A DNA stretch of 27,156 nucleotides from contig JBJCIZ010001277.1 of the NCBI GenBank assembly GCA_051294375.1, positions 1 through 27,156 on the forward strand. Direction: 5' to 3'. The notes under the pieces are model-generated. The model was not told the origin of the DNA and searched no databases. It saw only the letters and a program-made list of their open reading frames with translations. This stretch comes from Paraspadella gotoi. Lineage: Eukaryota > Animalia > Chaetognatha. Each line of letters begins with the position of its first letter. The first letter of the stretch is position 1. The position numbers were made by a program, and so were the translations under genes. This document shows, one piece after another, positions 1-11,800 of the stretch.

Positions 1-342
1 ACCTTAAAAAATCATCATCAGTATGCTAATGATTGTTAAGCAGTGTTTACTAATTTTTAATAATAAAATATTAAATTTCTAGAAAAATTATATATTTAAT
101 AGTTTGTTGCCTTCACTTGTCGTTCATGAAGCTCTAGTCAGAATTAATTAAAAAACCGAAAAAAATTTTAACATTATATTGCGAATATAAAAATATTAAA
201 TTCTAGCGGATTCTCTGGTTCTGGTCACTTTAACATTTTCGGGAGTCTAAATAAACGGATTGTTATACAAATATTAAATACATAAGTATAGATAATAATG
301 GATTAGTTTAAGTACTGTTTCCCATTAAATATTTGGTCAGCT
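1..342 (+). repeat. Dispersed AT-rich repeat family, copy 1 (3' part; cut by window edge)
   Basis: Aligns by eye to 21690-21985 (ccttaaaaaa-catcatca ... cagaattaattaaaaaa ... tactgtt(t)cccattaa ... tttggtcagct), with extra inserted bases in this copy. Confidence 0.85.
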
Positions 343-349
343 GCGTGCC

Positions 350-1800
350 GGCGTAGCTCGTTGAATATACGATACAGTGTTCCCGATGAGAGACGAGGAA
401 GCATGATTTATAGTTTCGGTGATGATTCATTAGATATGCTGTAGAGCTCTCTCGCACTCTCACATTGCAAAATCGACACCAGGAAGATGATATAGTCTTT
501 TTGAATTAAAAGAAGGGTAACAGACACTATTTTAAACAGAATCATTGTTAATTATGCATGTGCATAGAAGAAAAGTGTGTGTTCGGTGTATTCTAACGAT
601 ATATTGTCTTTTGATTTTCCAATATCATGGTATGAAACGGTCATATCCAAACTGAAACAGTAAGTATCGCATGTCGGTTGTCCATGGTTGTGGTCTCGTA
701 TAATTGGAATGGTAGAATGCGTTCTTCTTGAAGTATGTTCCGTATAGTATTAGATGTATACTCTAGTGTGGTTCCAGAACGACGTCTTGTAAACATCTTC
801 CTACTAATTTAAAGGATTAAGCTCTCAGGGACCACTCTTTTTATATGTATTAAAGATAAATTGTCTATCTTTTATTGACGACTTAGCACAGTTGTTCATT
901 AATAATAATTTACATTAGGAATGAGTATAACAAGCTTGCAAGGATTACAAATATCAGTATGGTATAAGGGATTTTAAAGATATAGTAGGTTAGTGCGAGC
1001 TTTAACGTCTAATTGCAGACAGATGCAAATAGAGTAAAAATTAGAATTGTTGTACTAATATGATTATATAATACCAAAATTAGGGCTACTAGAAAGATAG
1101 TTACAGTGTTTTTGACTATCGTCTAGCTTTCTAGTTAATTGATGAAGGCTGGCTAGCTTATGTTTATTATTTTGAGACAAGCGCAGTAGGCTCTGAAGAT
1201 AGGGTTTCGAATGATACTACATTGGTGTGAAACTATATTAACAGGATTTTGTAACTTAGTCGTCGATCTTGTCGCTCTGGTTCGAAAGGAAATGATTATA
1301 AATGTCGCCGTGTTTTTATACGTCCCAGCGGAGAGGCAGTTAATCCGCGAAACGAAGTCCTGCTCATCTTTTCTTAGTTAACAAGAATAAACTAAATGTG
1401 CATTGGTTTTTAATGTAAAAGATAGACACCGGATTGGTCAAATTTTCCTAAGTATTATATCTTAAAAAATATTGTCTAATTCATGCGGATGCATTGGGAT
1501 TCAATATTAGATATTTCTGAAAAGAGAATTATTGTTCTAAAAATCAGGTGACAATTTGTTTGTTTACCGCGGGATACTTATGTTTATGAACACGAGAGTC
1601 ATAAAAGCCTTGTGCACTGATCATATCGTATTTCTGATAGGAGCCGTAGCATGAGAGTGGCTCTCGACGATTATCGTTGCATGAGCTTTACCGGAGGATA
1701 TGTTGGTTCATTTGTTTGTGTCGCGTAAAAGTAAAAAAATTCGCGTTCAGGACCGCTGTAAAGAAGTCCCAGAGCAAACAAAAGCAAATAGTATTTCCTC
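350..1800 (-). mobile_element. Degenerate Ty3/Gypsy LTR-retrotransposon pol (reverse transcriptase) relic
   Basis: Frameshift-tolerant minus-strand translation gives RT motifs in the expected order: SIIR-PSS-P-ALVSK (about 1217-1170; cf. GIIRPSSSPWxSPxxLVPKK), IN-RKL-D-KTV (about 1140-1100; cf. IDYRKLN), LDVK (about 1005), EDVYKTSF (about 800-777; cf. DIxKTAF), YG..KNA.ST.FQ..MDN (about 745-678; cf. FGLKNAPSTFQRxMDN), Y-HDI (about 630; cf. YLDDI) and CRF..AYL..II. A weak protease-like FVCSGTS lies at about 1770. The LDVK-to-KTSF spacing is longer than usual. Confidence 0.6.
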
Positions 1801-2465
1801 TATGATTAAATAGTTAAAAAGACTGAGCGAACGACACGTTAAAGGTACGTTCTGTCGGAGTGTGCTTTCGCACCTCAGACTCATAGTCGGAGGAAGACGA
1901 GCGAAGAAATTGATCTCACTTTATTGTACCTATTTAAAAGAACTATAATTAAGACTACGGCGAGCAGCAGCGGCGAACTCCTTAAGAAGCAATGTCAGCA
2001 ACGGCTCTGTGACGGTTGAGGCGAGAATTGAGAAATTAATAGCTGATTGGATAAGAATCTTTCACGTGAATTACAACAAGGAGTTTGTTAAATTAAACGT
2101 AAATCTCAGCCTCTGTTGATAAATTTTTTTTCAGCAGATAAAAATTAGACTACCCTTTAAAGATAATATATGCGTTGTTTAGAGGTACAAATTCAAGACT
2201 AGTAGTCTTTGGACTCTTGAAACCAATTGGTTATATTTTAGTATTCTAAATAGGGTTACTCTGTGCTAGTTGTCTGAGAAGAAAGAAAGCGAAGGGAATT
2301 CGTGTTCAAAGTTACGAAAGTCGAAAGCGGCGTAGTGCGGTAAAACTCAGTCCTTTTTGGGAGGTCGCACTTCTTATCGCTACCATATATATCAAAGGAT
2401 GACAGTTCTCTAGAGATTAGGACACTTTTTTTTTGTTTTTTTTTTTGTTTCAAGGAATCTTTGTG

Positions 2466-2857
2466 CCTCCCATGCTCCCTAGACAACGGGCTTCCAAGGA
2501 CGCCCCGCTTTTCGAAAGTCTAATCTTTAATAATATTAATCGGGCTCTTCTGGCGGAATTAAGAGGTGACCAAAAGAATCCGATGTAACGAAAACGTCCG
2601 GAATCTCTGTATCCTCTCCGCTCGCCTATTATTGTATATTGTTTAATTATCTAATTAATATTATTCTTGCATATGGTCGTATGCGCTGTTGGGTAAAATG
2701 CACTTATTCGCTTGGCACCACTCCATGGTCAATTATAATCTTTTAAATCACACTTATAGGATGGCGCATTCTCCTGAGATTTCTTTCAGTCTTCATTCTT
2801 TTAGAAAACTAGCCAGGGCCTGATAAGAAATAACTGCACGACGTCGCCAACTTTAAG
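2466..2857 (+). CDS. EXOC2: EXOC2 N-terminal IPT/TIG (Ral-binding) domain exons, heavily error-laden; boundaries approximate
   Basis: PP..TG (about 2466-2490; cf. PPLVTGIS), EVTKRIRCNENV (2563-2598; cf. TKVTIRGENLG), VC..G.KCTYSL...W (about 2680-2730; cf. ICGHNCLLTAEW) and NCT..V.FK (about 2832-2857; cf. TSTVSFK). Confidence 0.45.
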
Positions 2858-5800
2858 TAGTAAAAAACATAATATAAAAGAAGCGCATAAGAAAATATCT
2901 GATTGACAAATTTTGAACTAAAAAAAAAAAACAAATTTTGAGGAAAAGAATTGATTATAAAACAGAAACGCATAAGGAGAAGAAATAAAGAATAGAAAGG
3001 AAAGAAAGAATATAGAAAGGAAAAGAAAGAATAGAAAGGATAACAGAAAGAATAGACACAGGACAAGAAAGAATAGAAAGGAAAAAGAATGAAAGGAAGA
3101 AAGAATTGTTGGTCTACTGTAATTAGTTTGGCCACTCAGCCTATTGATTTTTTGTAAATTGGCATGAATAACTAATAATGATAATAATTTCACAAGAGAA
3201 GTTGCAAAGAGGGAAGTGATGTAAAAAATCTTAAAGAATAGGAAACGCAGTGGCCTTCTACTTCATAATAGAGAAAATTATTCCGAGTAAAGGGATGAAG
3301 ATCTAATAGGAAGATTATAGCGAGAATATCCAAATGATTAATGGTCGAGGATATGGCAAATATTTGATGCGGACTTGATTTGTGACAGTAAAGAGTTGAA
3401 GGCGATGATGAGACCAGAAATGATCGACATGTGATGATACAACGCAAATGATTGATTGTGATAGCAGGTTCGGACTATAAGCGCAAGGTTCTGTGTCAGG
3501 GGATGATTGATGCGATGGATGATCCATTCATTTATCCCCGCGGGTGGGATGATCAATCATCCTCCTATTGCGATACAGACGATGATTAGGTCGCATTTAT
3601 TGATTTGGAAGGGAGTGGATCTAGGTCATGGTCATTTGAGGCAGTGGAATCATTCATCCATTTGAGGCAATAAAGAACAAATCAATGCGGTATAGTGAAC
3701 AGAGAGAGAATCGAAAGAGAGAGAGTCAGGGAAGAACGAGAGAGAAGGCATGAACAAGTTAGAGAATTAATTTTGGCAGCTGAAATACGTTCTGCTTCGG
3801 ATGTAAATTTGGGATGTTTGCCATTGAATAAAAGGCGCAAGCAATATAATGCGATAATAAGTTTTTAAAAGCCGATAAAATAATGTCAAAATTTTTTCCA
3901 ATACCACAACGATCACGGCAATGAGATCGTACAGAGAGAGAGGGAGAGAGACAGAGACAGAGACAGAGAGAGAGAGGAAGTAGAGAGAGAGAGACAGAAA
4001 GAGGAAAGAAGAGACAGACAAGACAGTGAGAAGAGAAGAGAGAGAGCTGGGCAGGCCGGAGTCACGTCGAAGGCAGTTTGTACAGCATGCATCGCTTCGC
4101 AGAGGTTACCTAAAGTCTGCTGTTTTTTCAAGAGTTTGGCAGAGAAGAGCAGCCGCAGACTGACAAAAATAGGGAAGACAAATATATATCATATCGTAGC
4201 AATTTTCGTCTAGATATTTCTGAGACGATCAGAGGCTATGTAGAGGCTCGAAAAGCTACGAAATGATAATGTTGGAAAGCAAAGTTTGTGTCTTGGTTTC
4301 GACCGTATTCATTATGGCAGACTGCTGTGGTGCCCTGTTGGTAGGACCTTCTGCTATCGACCTACTGGCGACATAGCGAGTTATTTATAAATTTTTGCTT
4401 GAGTGGGATTGCGATATCTAGTCATGGCATTACGCGGCGTACGAAGTCTTTACTTTTTAACGCATCGTCCATCCGGTTTTGTCAATAATTGATCAAACCT
4501 GGTAATATAATTTCGTTTTCCGCTATTCTTTTTATGAACGGAAAAGGAGGCCCTAGATTAATTGCTTTTTTCAAACGACAATGTTCATATTCTTTATTTC
4601 TCAGCTCTTAGCGTCACCGATTTTGGGTTTTCTGAATAATAATTAATAATACTAGATGAAAGTTACACTTAAAATATTTATATAGTATGAATTTACTAAC
4701 CAAAAGTCTGTCCTCAATATTAGGCTATGGGTTCCGTCCATGGAGGTTGCAGAGAGGGTTATTCATTGCTGGGTGCTCCTGGGCCGACAATTGGTCGAAA
4801 TTGAGTTACAAGGAAATCATAATAATATAGCATACACCGGATGTGCAGTAGGTAGGTCTTCAGCAGATGAAAAATTGATATGTGGCGCGTATCTTCATTG
4901 TACTTTTGTCAATTCGAAAATAGATTTTCAAAAACATATCACAAATTCAAGGTGATATTGGTCAACCAATATAACATTAATCCATTCATGCTGTTAATAA
5001 ATAAGCCTAATCTCTTCCCTTTCTGTCAATTGAAGTCAGCCCAAGCTGACCTTTGGAGACAGGCTTTGGGTTTAGTAACGGCCTCTGCACATCGACTCTT
5101 TCACAGAGATAATGAATACGCTGACATGGTCCGTGCGTCGCATACTCGCGCACAGCTTCTAAGGGTAGTCAACAGACTCGTCGCCGACACGCTCACAGCT
5201 CTGCTTATCACTTCACCTTTAGTTGCGCTTCTTCCTACAGACCCACGCAGGTAGCATCCGTGGCTTAGTTTCCGCTCTATGCAATAGAATTAGATGTAGA
5301 TACTGCTGATGTGCCCGTGAACGTGGTTAGTGTTACAATATTTCATAAGAATGCTCCAGTTGTATGAAAGACAGCGCTGGCATCCCGGTTAAGTATGAGA
5401 GTCTGGGATAACTTATTGGACTGAGTCGTATCGGGCACTTGTGTACTTGGCGGCTGCGCCAGCCTATCCTAGACTGGCTTGCCCATGCGCCGGCGTGAAG
5501 CGCATGTCACAGGCTCGCTAGGTACGAGCAGCAATCAAAACAGCGGCAACGAGGAGTCGCAACTTTATGAAATTTTACACCGAATATCAGGAGAATTTAT
5601 GCGACATTCATTTCGTTAATTCAAAATATAGCCACGGCACATCTCTGCCTATGGCGCCCCGGAGGGGTGTGGAATAGAAGCTACCAGGGCGGAGATATTC
5701 TACTTAGGTATTATGCTCTATAAGGCACGGCTGGACGCGGGTAGCGGGCAAGTGTCTGTGTTCGCTGCGGCGGTCGTACAAATTGTCTCACATCGTGGTC

Positions 5801-8800
5801 ACCAAGAAGGAGGTTTACAACCAACGACGAGCCTGAACCTTGTATGAAATTGGTCACGCACTCAATTCGAAATTATCCCACTTCCATAGAACCATATTAG
5901 TTTAATTAATAAGCTAATGCTTGCCCCAGCTGACCTTGTTGCCAGCAGGCTTTTGTGAGAATTGTCACTTATCTCATGCGACCACAGCGCAGGTGTCAAG
6001 TGTCTGATGTTTCTTCGTAACATTGTCTCTAATCGTTGGAGCAGCCAAATGAAAGTTATATTGATAAAGGTTAAAACGTTTTTAATTCTTTATAGAGATC
6101 CGCTGCGGAACCTTGGTAAACACTTAATAAAACACAGAAGTCAACGTGAAAACGTTCGACGTCGCGGCTTAACCTGTAACGAGGCAATGCTCTGACTTTC
6201 AAAATTCAAACATTAATGAATTTTTTGTTCTATCCCACCGAAAAAATAAAAGCCGAACCTACAGCTTTATATATTTAGATTTTGAAACCCTTTAAAATTT
6301 TTGGTAGAAAAAAATCTTTTGGCCTACATCGGTGACAATTTTACAAAGCGCGGTAAGAAATACGCTGTCATTTGCAAACCGTGGTTATCTCAAATTGATT
6401 TATAAAAATTAGTCTGAGTAGAACATATTAAAGTCATCCTTAATGTGTTCAATAATTTTAAATATTGATCAGTTAAGAGTATGCTCTTGGCAATGAGTGG
6501 GAGAAAGTTGGCTGTAAAATAGGGTTTCGATTTTCCACTCATTGTTTTTACCACATTCTTTTCTTTGTTCACTTTTAGCTCTTTTTTAACAAAGTTATTT
6601 ATTAAGATATTAACATATTAATATCTTCAGAAAGCCCTTAAAAAAATGAAGGAATGTATAATACTTACATAAGCTGAAACATAAAATTAGCTGCCCAGTC
6701 TTCACCTTGGTTCAATTAAAAAGAGTCAAAAGTACTTAATTATCTAAAATTTCAAACTCTTTTTTTAAACATATATTGACCTATTAAATTATTATATAAC
6801 TAACTATTAATTGATTTGAGTATAGTTATCAATGAAGGCCTGAAACAAGGAGCATTTAAGACTAGCCAATCACAATTTGATCCAAATCTTAAATTTACCC
6901 TGCCAGCTATTGATTTTTAGGAAAGATGTCTTGTTTTTGAGTATCCTATTAAATTCTCAAAGCTTATTAAAATTTTATAAACCTACAGTATTTCAAGTAT
7001 GTCATTCTCTTTAAGATTTGAAAGAGCTTTTCAGAAGATATCAATATTAATATTTTTTATTTTAATTTTTCAGAAAGATTACTGAAGTAAAAAAAAAACT
7101 GAATCTTAAAAAATTGCACGGTTAGAAAAAATGAAACCCGATTTTTACAAGACCAACTTTCTCCACTCATTTGCAAGGCATATCTAACTGATCAATATAA
7201 AATTTGAAACCATAAATGACTTTAATATGTTCTACTCAACTAATTTTTTAAAGATCAATGAATAACCGACTAGTTTGGGCAATGACAGCGTATTTCTACC
7301 GGCGCTTGTAAAATTGTCACCCAGCTGTAGTGCTTCAAGCGCGCCGGATTTTCAACTTGAACTCAGAGGTTGCAGGTTCAAATCTGGCCGAAGTTAACCT
7401 GTTGTTAACCATAAGTTTTGATGTCCTCCAAATTGGTCCGTAGAGGAATTGGCTTTACCGAGAGGGGACGTAGCCATATGGTGTAACGCGATATCAAGAC
7501 AAGAAGCTCTCTTTAAAATTTATTTGTTACCGAGTATTATTAGCTCCGTCCTAAAAATTTAATGACGGATGCTACGTATCATAATTAAAAGAATAACGAG
7601 AAAAAAAAGTTTATCAGTGTTTTAATTTTTTCCCTAATCCATAGCTTGTAAAAGATTTTATTTTTATTTGATATTAAAATTAAGATATAGCTCTCATTAA
7701 ACCAGGTTTCTTTTTGATTTCACGATGTTTTTTATTGATTCAAAGATTTTTTTTGGAAATTTCATCGTTCAAATATATTTACTGCAATATGTAAATTAGA
7801 GTTAAGAGCATTTTCTATATAACAACATTTGGATATTTGATTGAGTACTATAATCTCATTTGCCATATTGCACGTAATCATTAACAATGACGTGGAATTC
7901 AAACCAAAAATACTTGAATCCAAATGGTAATATGAAATTTCAAAGCTATTCTCAAGTGAGAAGCAAATCTAAATTTTCTCAACGTTACAATGATCGCACG
8001 ATTTTATATAAACTTCATCGTAATTCTCATAATATTTTTTATTTAAAAAAAAAAAAACCGGTAAGTCCCAGCCAAAACTAAAAAGCATAGGCAGTTTTTA
8101 ACTACCAAAAAGCGTGCCGCGTCCGACGACGACGACAGACGATGAACGACGACCCGTTCCACAAAGAAAGCTGCCTGAATAATCAATCGAGCCTTGACAC
8201 GCTTCGCCGGAGGCTCGATAAAAAATTTTGTTTTCCATAGACACTGATTCGGAAATTTATAAAACGTCTGGTCAACAAGCTGCATATCGTAAGAGTACAG
8301 AAAATGCCATTTTTTAGTATATGTTATACTGAATCCTGCACTGTTTATTTGGCATTGGCATGAACACTCTATATCATATATATTAGGGTGGGAGCGATGA
8401 AAGATTGAAGCGTGAAACATAATTTTTTTTTATTACTTTTGTATAATGTAATCAAAAATAATTAAGCCCTTTTTTACTTTTAGTTTCGGATTCTCCGAAA
8501 AAACTAAGAACTTTTGAAAAAAAAGAAGGGTTTTATTATATTTTAATATTTAAAACTGAAAAAAGACTAAAACGTTTCATCATATAATAGCTTTTCTATT
8601 ACAGAGAGTTAAGCTCCACTCTATTTGTAACTGCTAATAATACCTAGGATACTAATTGGATAATAGTTCATATAGTATGGTAATAAGATAATAGAAAAAC
8701 TATATTATTAAGCTTTCTTTGTCTTCTACTTATATTTATATAAAAAGTTGTAAGTACTTAAGTGAATATTTTTTTTATTCTGCTAATACGGACATTCTTG

Positions 8801-11800
8801 CTCCAAAACCATGTTGTATGGAAGCAGGAGTAGAAAAATATAACTTTTTGAGAACCCATTTTTGATTCCAGACTGAGAGTGCTCTTTCTCTGTGTTATAT
8901 AAGAAAACGTAAAATGGCTCTAAACGCATTTTGGTGTATTTCCAATCTTGCTATTGCTTTGTTGAAATAACTTTTTTTATTATTTCTATTTGATGCAATC
9001 TCTCTCAAGATAAATAATTCACTGTATTCTGACAAATTTGGGTCCTTTAATGTAAGCCAGTACATACATCGGCTGAGATTTTCTTTATTTATAGGGTTCT
9101 CCATCTGAGGGAGAATAAACGTTTTATTCCTACCTTTTCCTTCCTTACATTCCCCGCGTTTTAGAATTCCCTAAAAAAAGTCTAATATTTTTTTGGTGGT
9201 TTTTGGTCCTCAGTTCAAGCTCCAATTAGTTCATAAGTGATCTCTCGTAAGTGTTTCGAGGTTTATATATTATTTTTTTTTTCAGAAACTATTCCTACCA
9301 ATGAAACTCACGAAGCAGTGTAAAAAATCTGTTATAGGAGAGTTACAATTTGTTAAACATGTTTCTAAAGAATTTGTAAGTAGCGTGCAAGAGAAATGAT
9401 TTGCTTGAAACTAACTTGTCTTATACCAGTCATCCACTCTTTTAAATCAAGTTCAGTAAACTTGCATAGCTGTTTCAAAAGTACACAATTTTGTTCATGA
9501 AAGTTTTACAATGGTTTTTTAAATCATCATCTATAACATTGGGTCACACTTCCAAAGTGATTCACTGCAATCTTGGTTTATTCTGCTCTCCTAATATTAA
9601 TACTTATATTTTAATATAGCAGCTTTTACACGACGGCCAATGAATTGTATCTTCAGAAATTCTATTATGATCTAATTCGATAAAAAAATCTTTTTTATCA
9701 AATTACATTAGCACGTTTTATGTCAAATCTTGTTCACTTTTTTCAACCATTGATCTACTAGCCTATTTAATAAGGTTGAACTCTCAATGTGTCACAGAAT
9801 TTGTTAACAATGTCTGCTGCTTCTTTTTTTCAATTTTCATATTTGATATTTGCTTCATGGTAAGTCGTTTAATCAAATATCTTTTCCTCAAATAAAGTCT
9901 CACAAAACTTATCCGGACAAAGGCTTTTCTGCTAATATGTCAATGTAATAATGTTCCCATTATCTGGCTTTGGTATATTTATCCCGGCTCAAAGCAAAAT
10001 TTGCTTCCCCCTTTTCATAATTTCCTATAAAATTATCCATGCATTGTCTTGTTCTTTTGGATTTAAGCTCAGTTGCACCATTTTTCAATCATAAATGATC
10101 TTTGGTGGCATAGAACATTGATAAACTATCCTTGCTGCAGAGTGATATTGGCTATTATTTTCATTGAAGGGTTCACCGTCGGATTTTTTTTGCTCCTGGC
10201 ATTGTCTTCTATATCTGTTATTAATCGAGAGATCGGCTACCCTGACGCTACTCTATCTGCTTTTTTTCAGAATCAATTATAACTTAAACAATAAGCGTCT
10301 AAATGGTGCATCGAGCATAGGAGCGATCATATATTCAATTTTGTCTCTTATTTTCTAACACCGCTTCTTTCTGTCCCTTATTTTTTTTAATTGATGTTAT
10401 GATCGTGAGTGTGACCATTTTTTTTCTTTTCATCCATCTCATTGATGCATGTGAGCTTCACGTTCAAGCAAAAAATATTAGTAAGAATTCTTTTATCAGA
10501 AACTGATGTATTACGTCCACAAGATCATCCCACAAATAAACTCTATAAATCTCTTTACAGCTAAAACATGTAAGATCCAAAATCTTTATTCTATGATATC
10601 GTTTTCACGGTTTTACGTTTTTAAATTTTTACCCAGTTATCATCAAAATATTGAAAAAAAAATATTTTGTACAGATAACTTTTTATAAGTTATCTGAATC
10701 TGTTTTTATAAAAATACAAAATTTTTTAAAAAATTATTAATGTTTAAATTTAATATTAAGTTTTAGTTAAGTAATTATAATTTAAATTTTCTAAAATATT
10801 TAATATAATAAATTTATAAAAAATATAATAATAATATTTATAAAATAATTTAGTTTTTATTTATAATTTCAACAATTATTGGAAAGAGAGAAAGATATGT
10901 ATATATCAAGATTAAAATTGCCTCTCTTTATCTTTTTTATATTTTTTTTTTCTGAAATAAAAAAGAATAATAATATTATACATTCTTACAAATTTAGTAT
11001 CCAAATATTTTTCAAAACTATCGAAACTGATTGATGAAGATTCAAAGAATAAAAACAAAAATATGTCCGAATTATTAAATGAATGTTNNNNNNNNNNATA
11101 ATATAATATTTATCAAAAGCAAAAAAAAAATAATATTATAAATACTAATATTTAAAAAAAAAATTCTTCGGCCATAAAGCTTAATATTTTTAACGTTAAA
11201 ACATATTTTTTGTTAATCTTANNNNNNNNNNCGTAAAAAAACAAACTTTATTTTTTGATATTTTTTCTTTTCGTTTTACCATAAGCCTCCAGAGCGTATT
11301 CAACTCTGGGATCACCTTATATTTTTTATTCTGATTATTTTTTATTATTTTTTTAGTCAAACTGTTATTATTAAAAATATTTATCTTATATCAAATATGT
11401 ATTATTTTTATTAATGAATCTTAATTCATATATTAATTAATATTAATAGTGTAGATATTTTAAAATATTTTAATATTATAAAGTATTAATAAAAATTATA
11501 AAATTTTAGTTAATATTTGTGTAAATAAAATTATTAATTTTAATTATTTTTAAATGTATTATCAGAACTAAATATAAATAAGTTTTAAAAAAATAAAAAA
11601 TAAATATTTATTATAAAAAATCAATTATTTTATTATATTATGCAATAATAATTCAAACTTGGTTTATTTTATAGGGTTTAATCTTTTTTACTGTTTGCTT
11701 CAAAATATTTTTTGTTTTAAATAAAAAATATTATATAAGCGATATATATAATCATAATNNNNNNNNNNNNNNNNNNNNNNNNNNNNNNNNNNNNNNNNNN

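Noticed and set aside
750-1990. Plus-strand fragments resembling a hAT (DUF659-type) transposase (SQGPLFL, AGYL.L.N.R, ER.N*SHF)
   Set aside because: The motifs are weak and need many ad hoc frameshifts. The minus strand gives a more coherent ordered Gypsy RT motif series over the overlapping part.
5300-5340. Minus-strand FTGTSA resembling a PIF1/Helitron helicase motif
   Set aside because: A single short motif with no Walker A or other helicase motifs, and it lies amid plus-strand EXOC2 exons.
4995-5955. Apparent repeat aataagc(c)taat...agctgacctt...caggcttt at about 5000-5067 and 5908-5953
   Set aside because: The two sites translate to different, collinear EXOC2 motifs (DLWRQ versus LTLLPAGF). 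The similarity is explained by shared splice signals and chance.
7330-7395. Functional tRNA gene (also considered for 18420-18482)
   Set aside because: A/B boxes are present, but I could not fold a convincing cloverleaf or acceptor stem, and both sit within repeat-like bodies.
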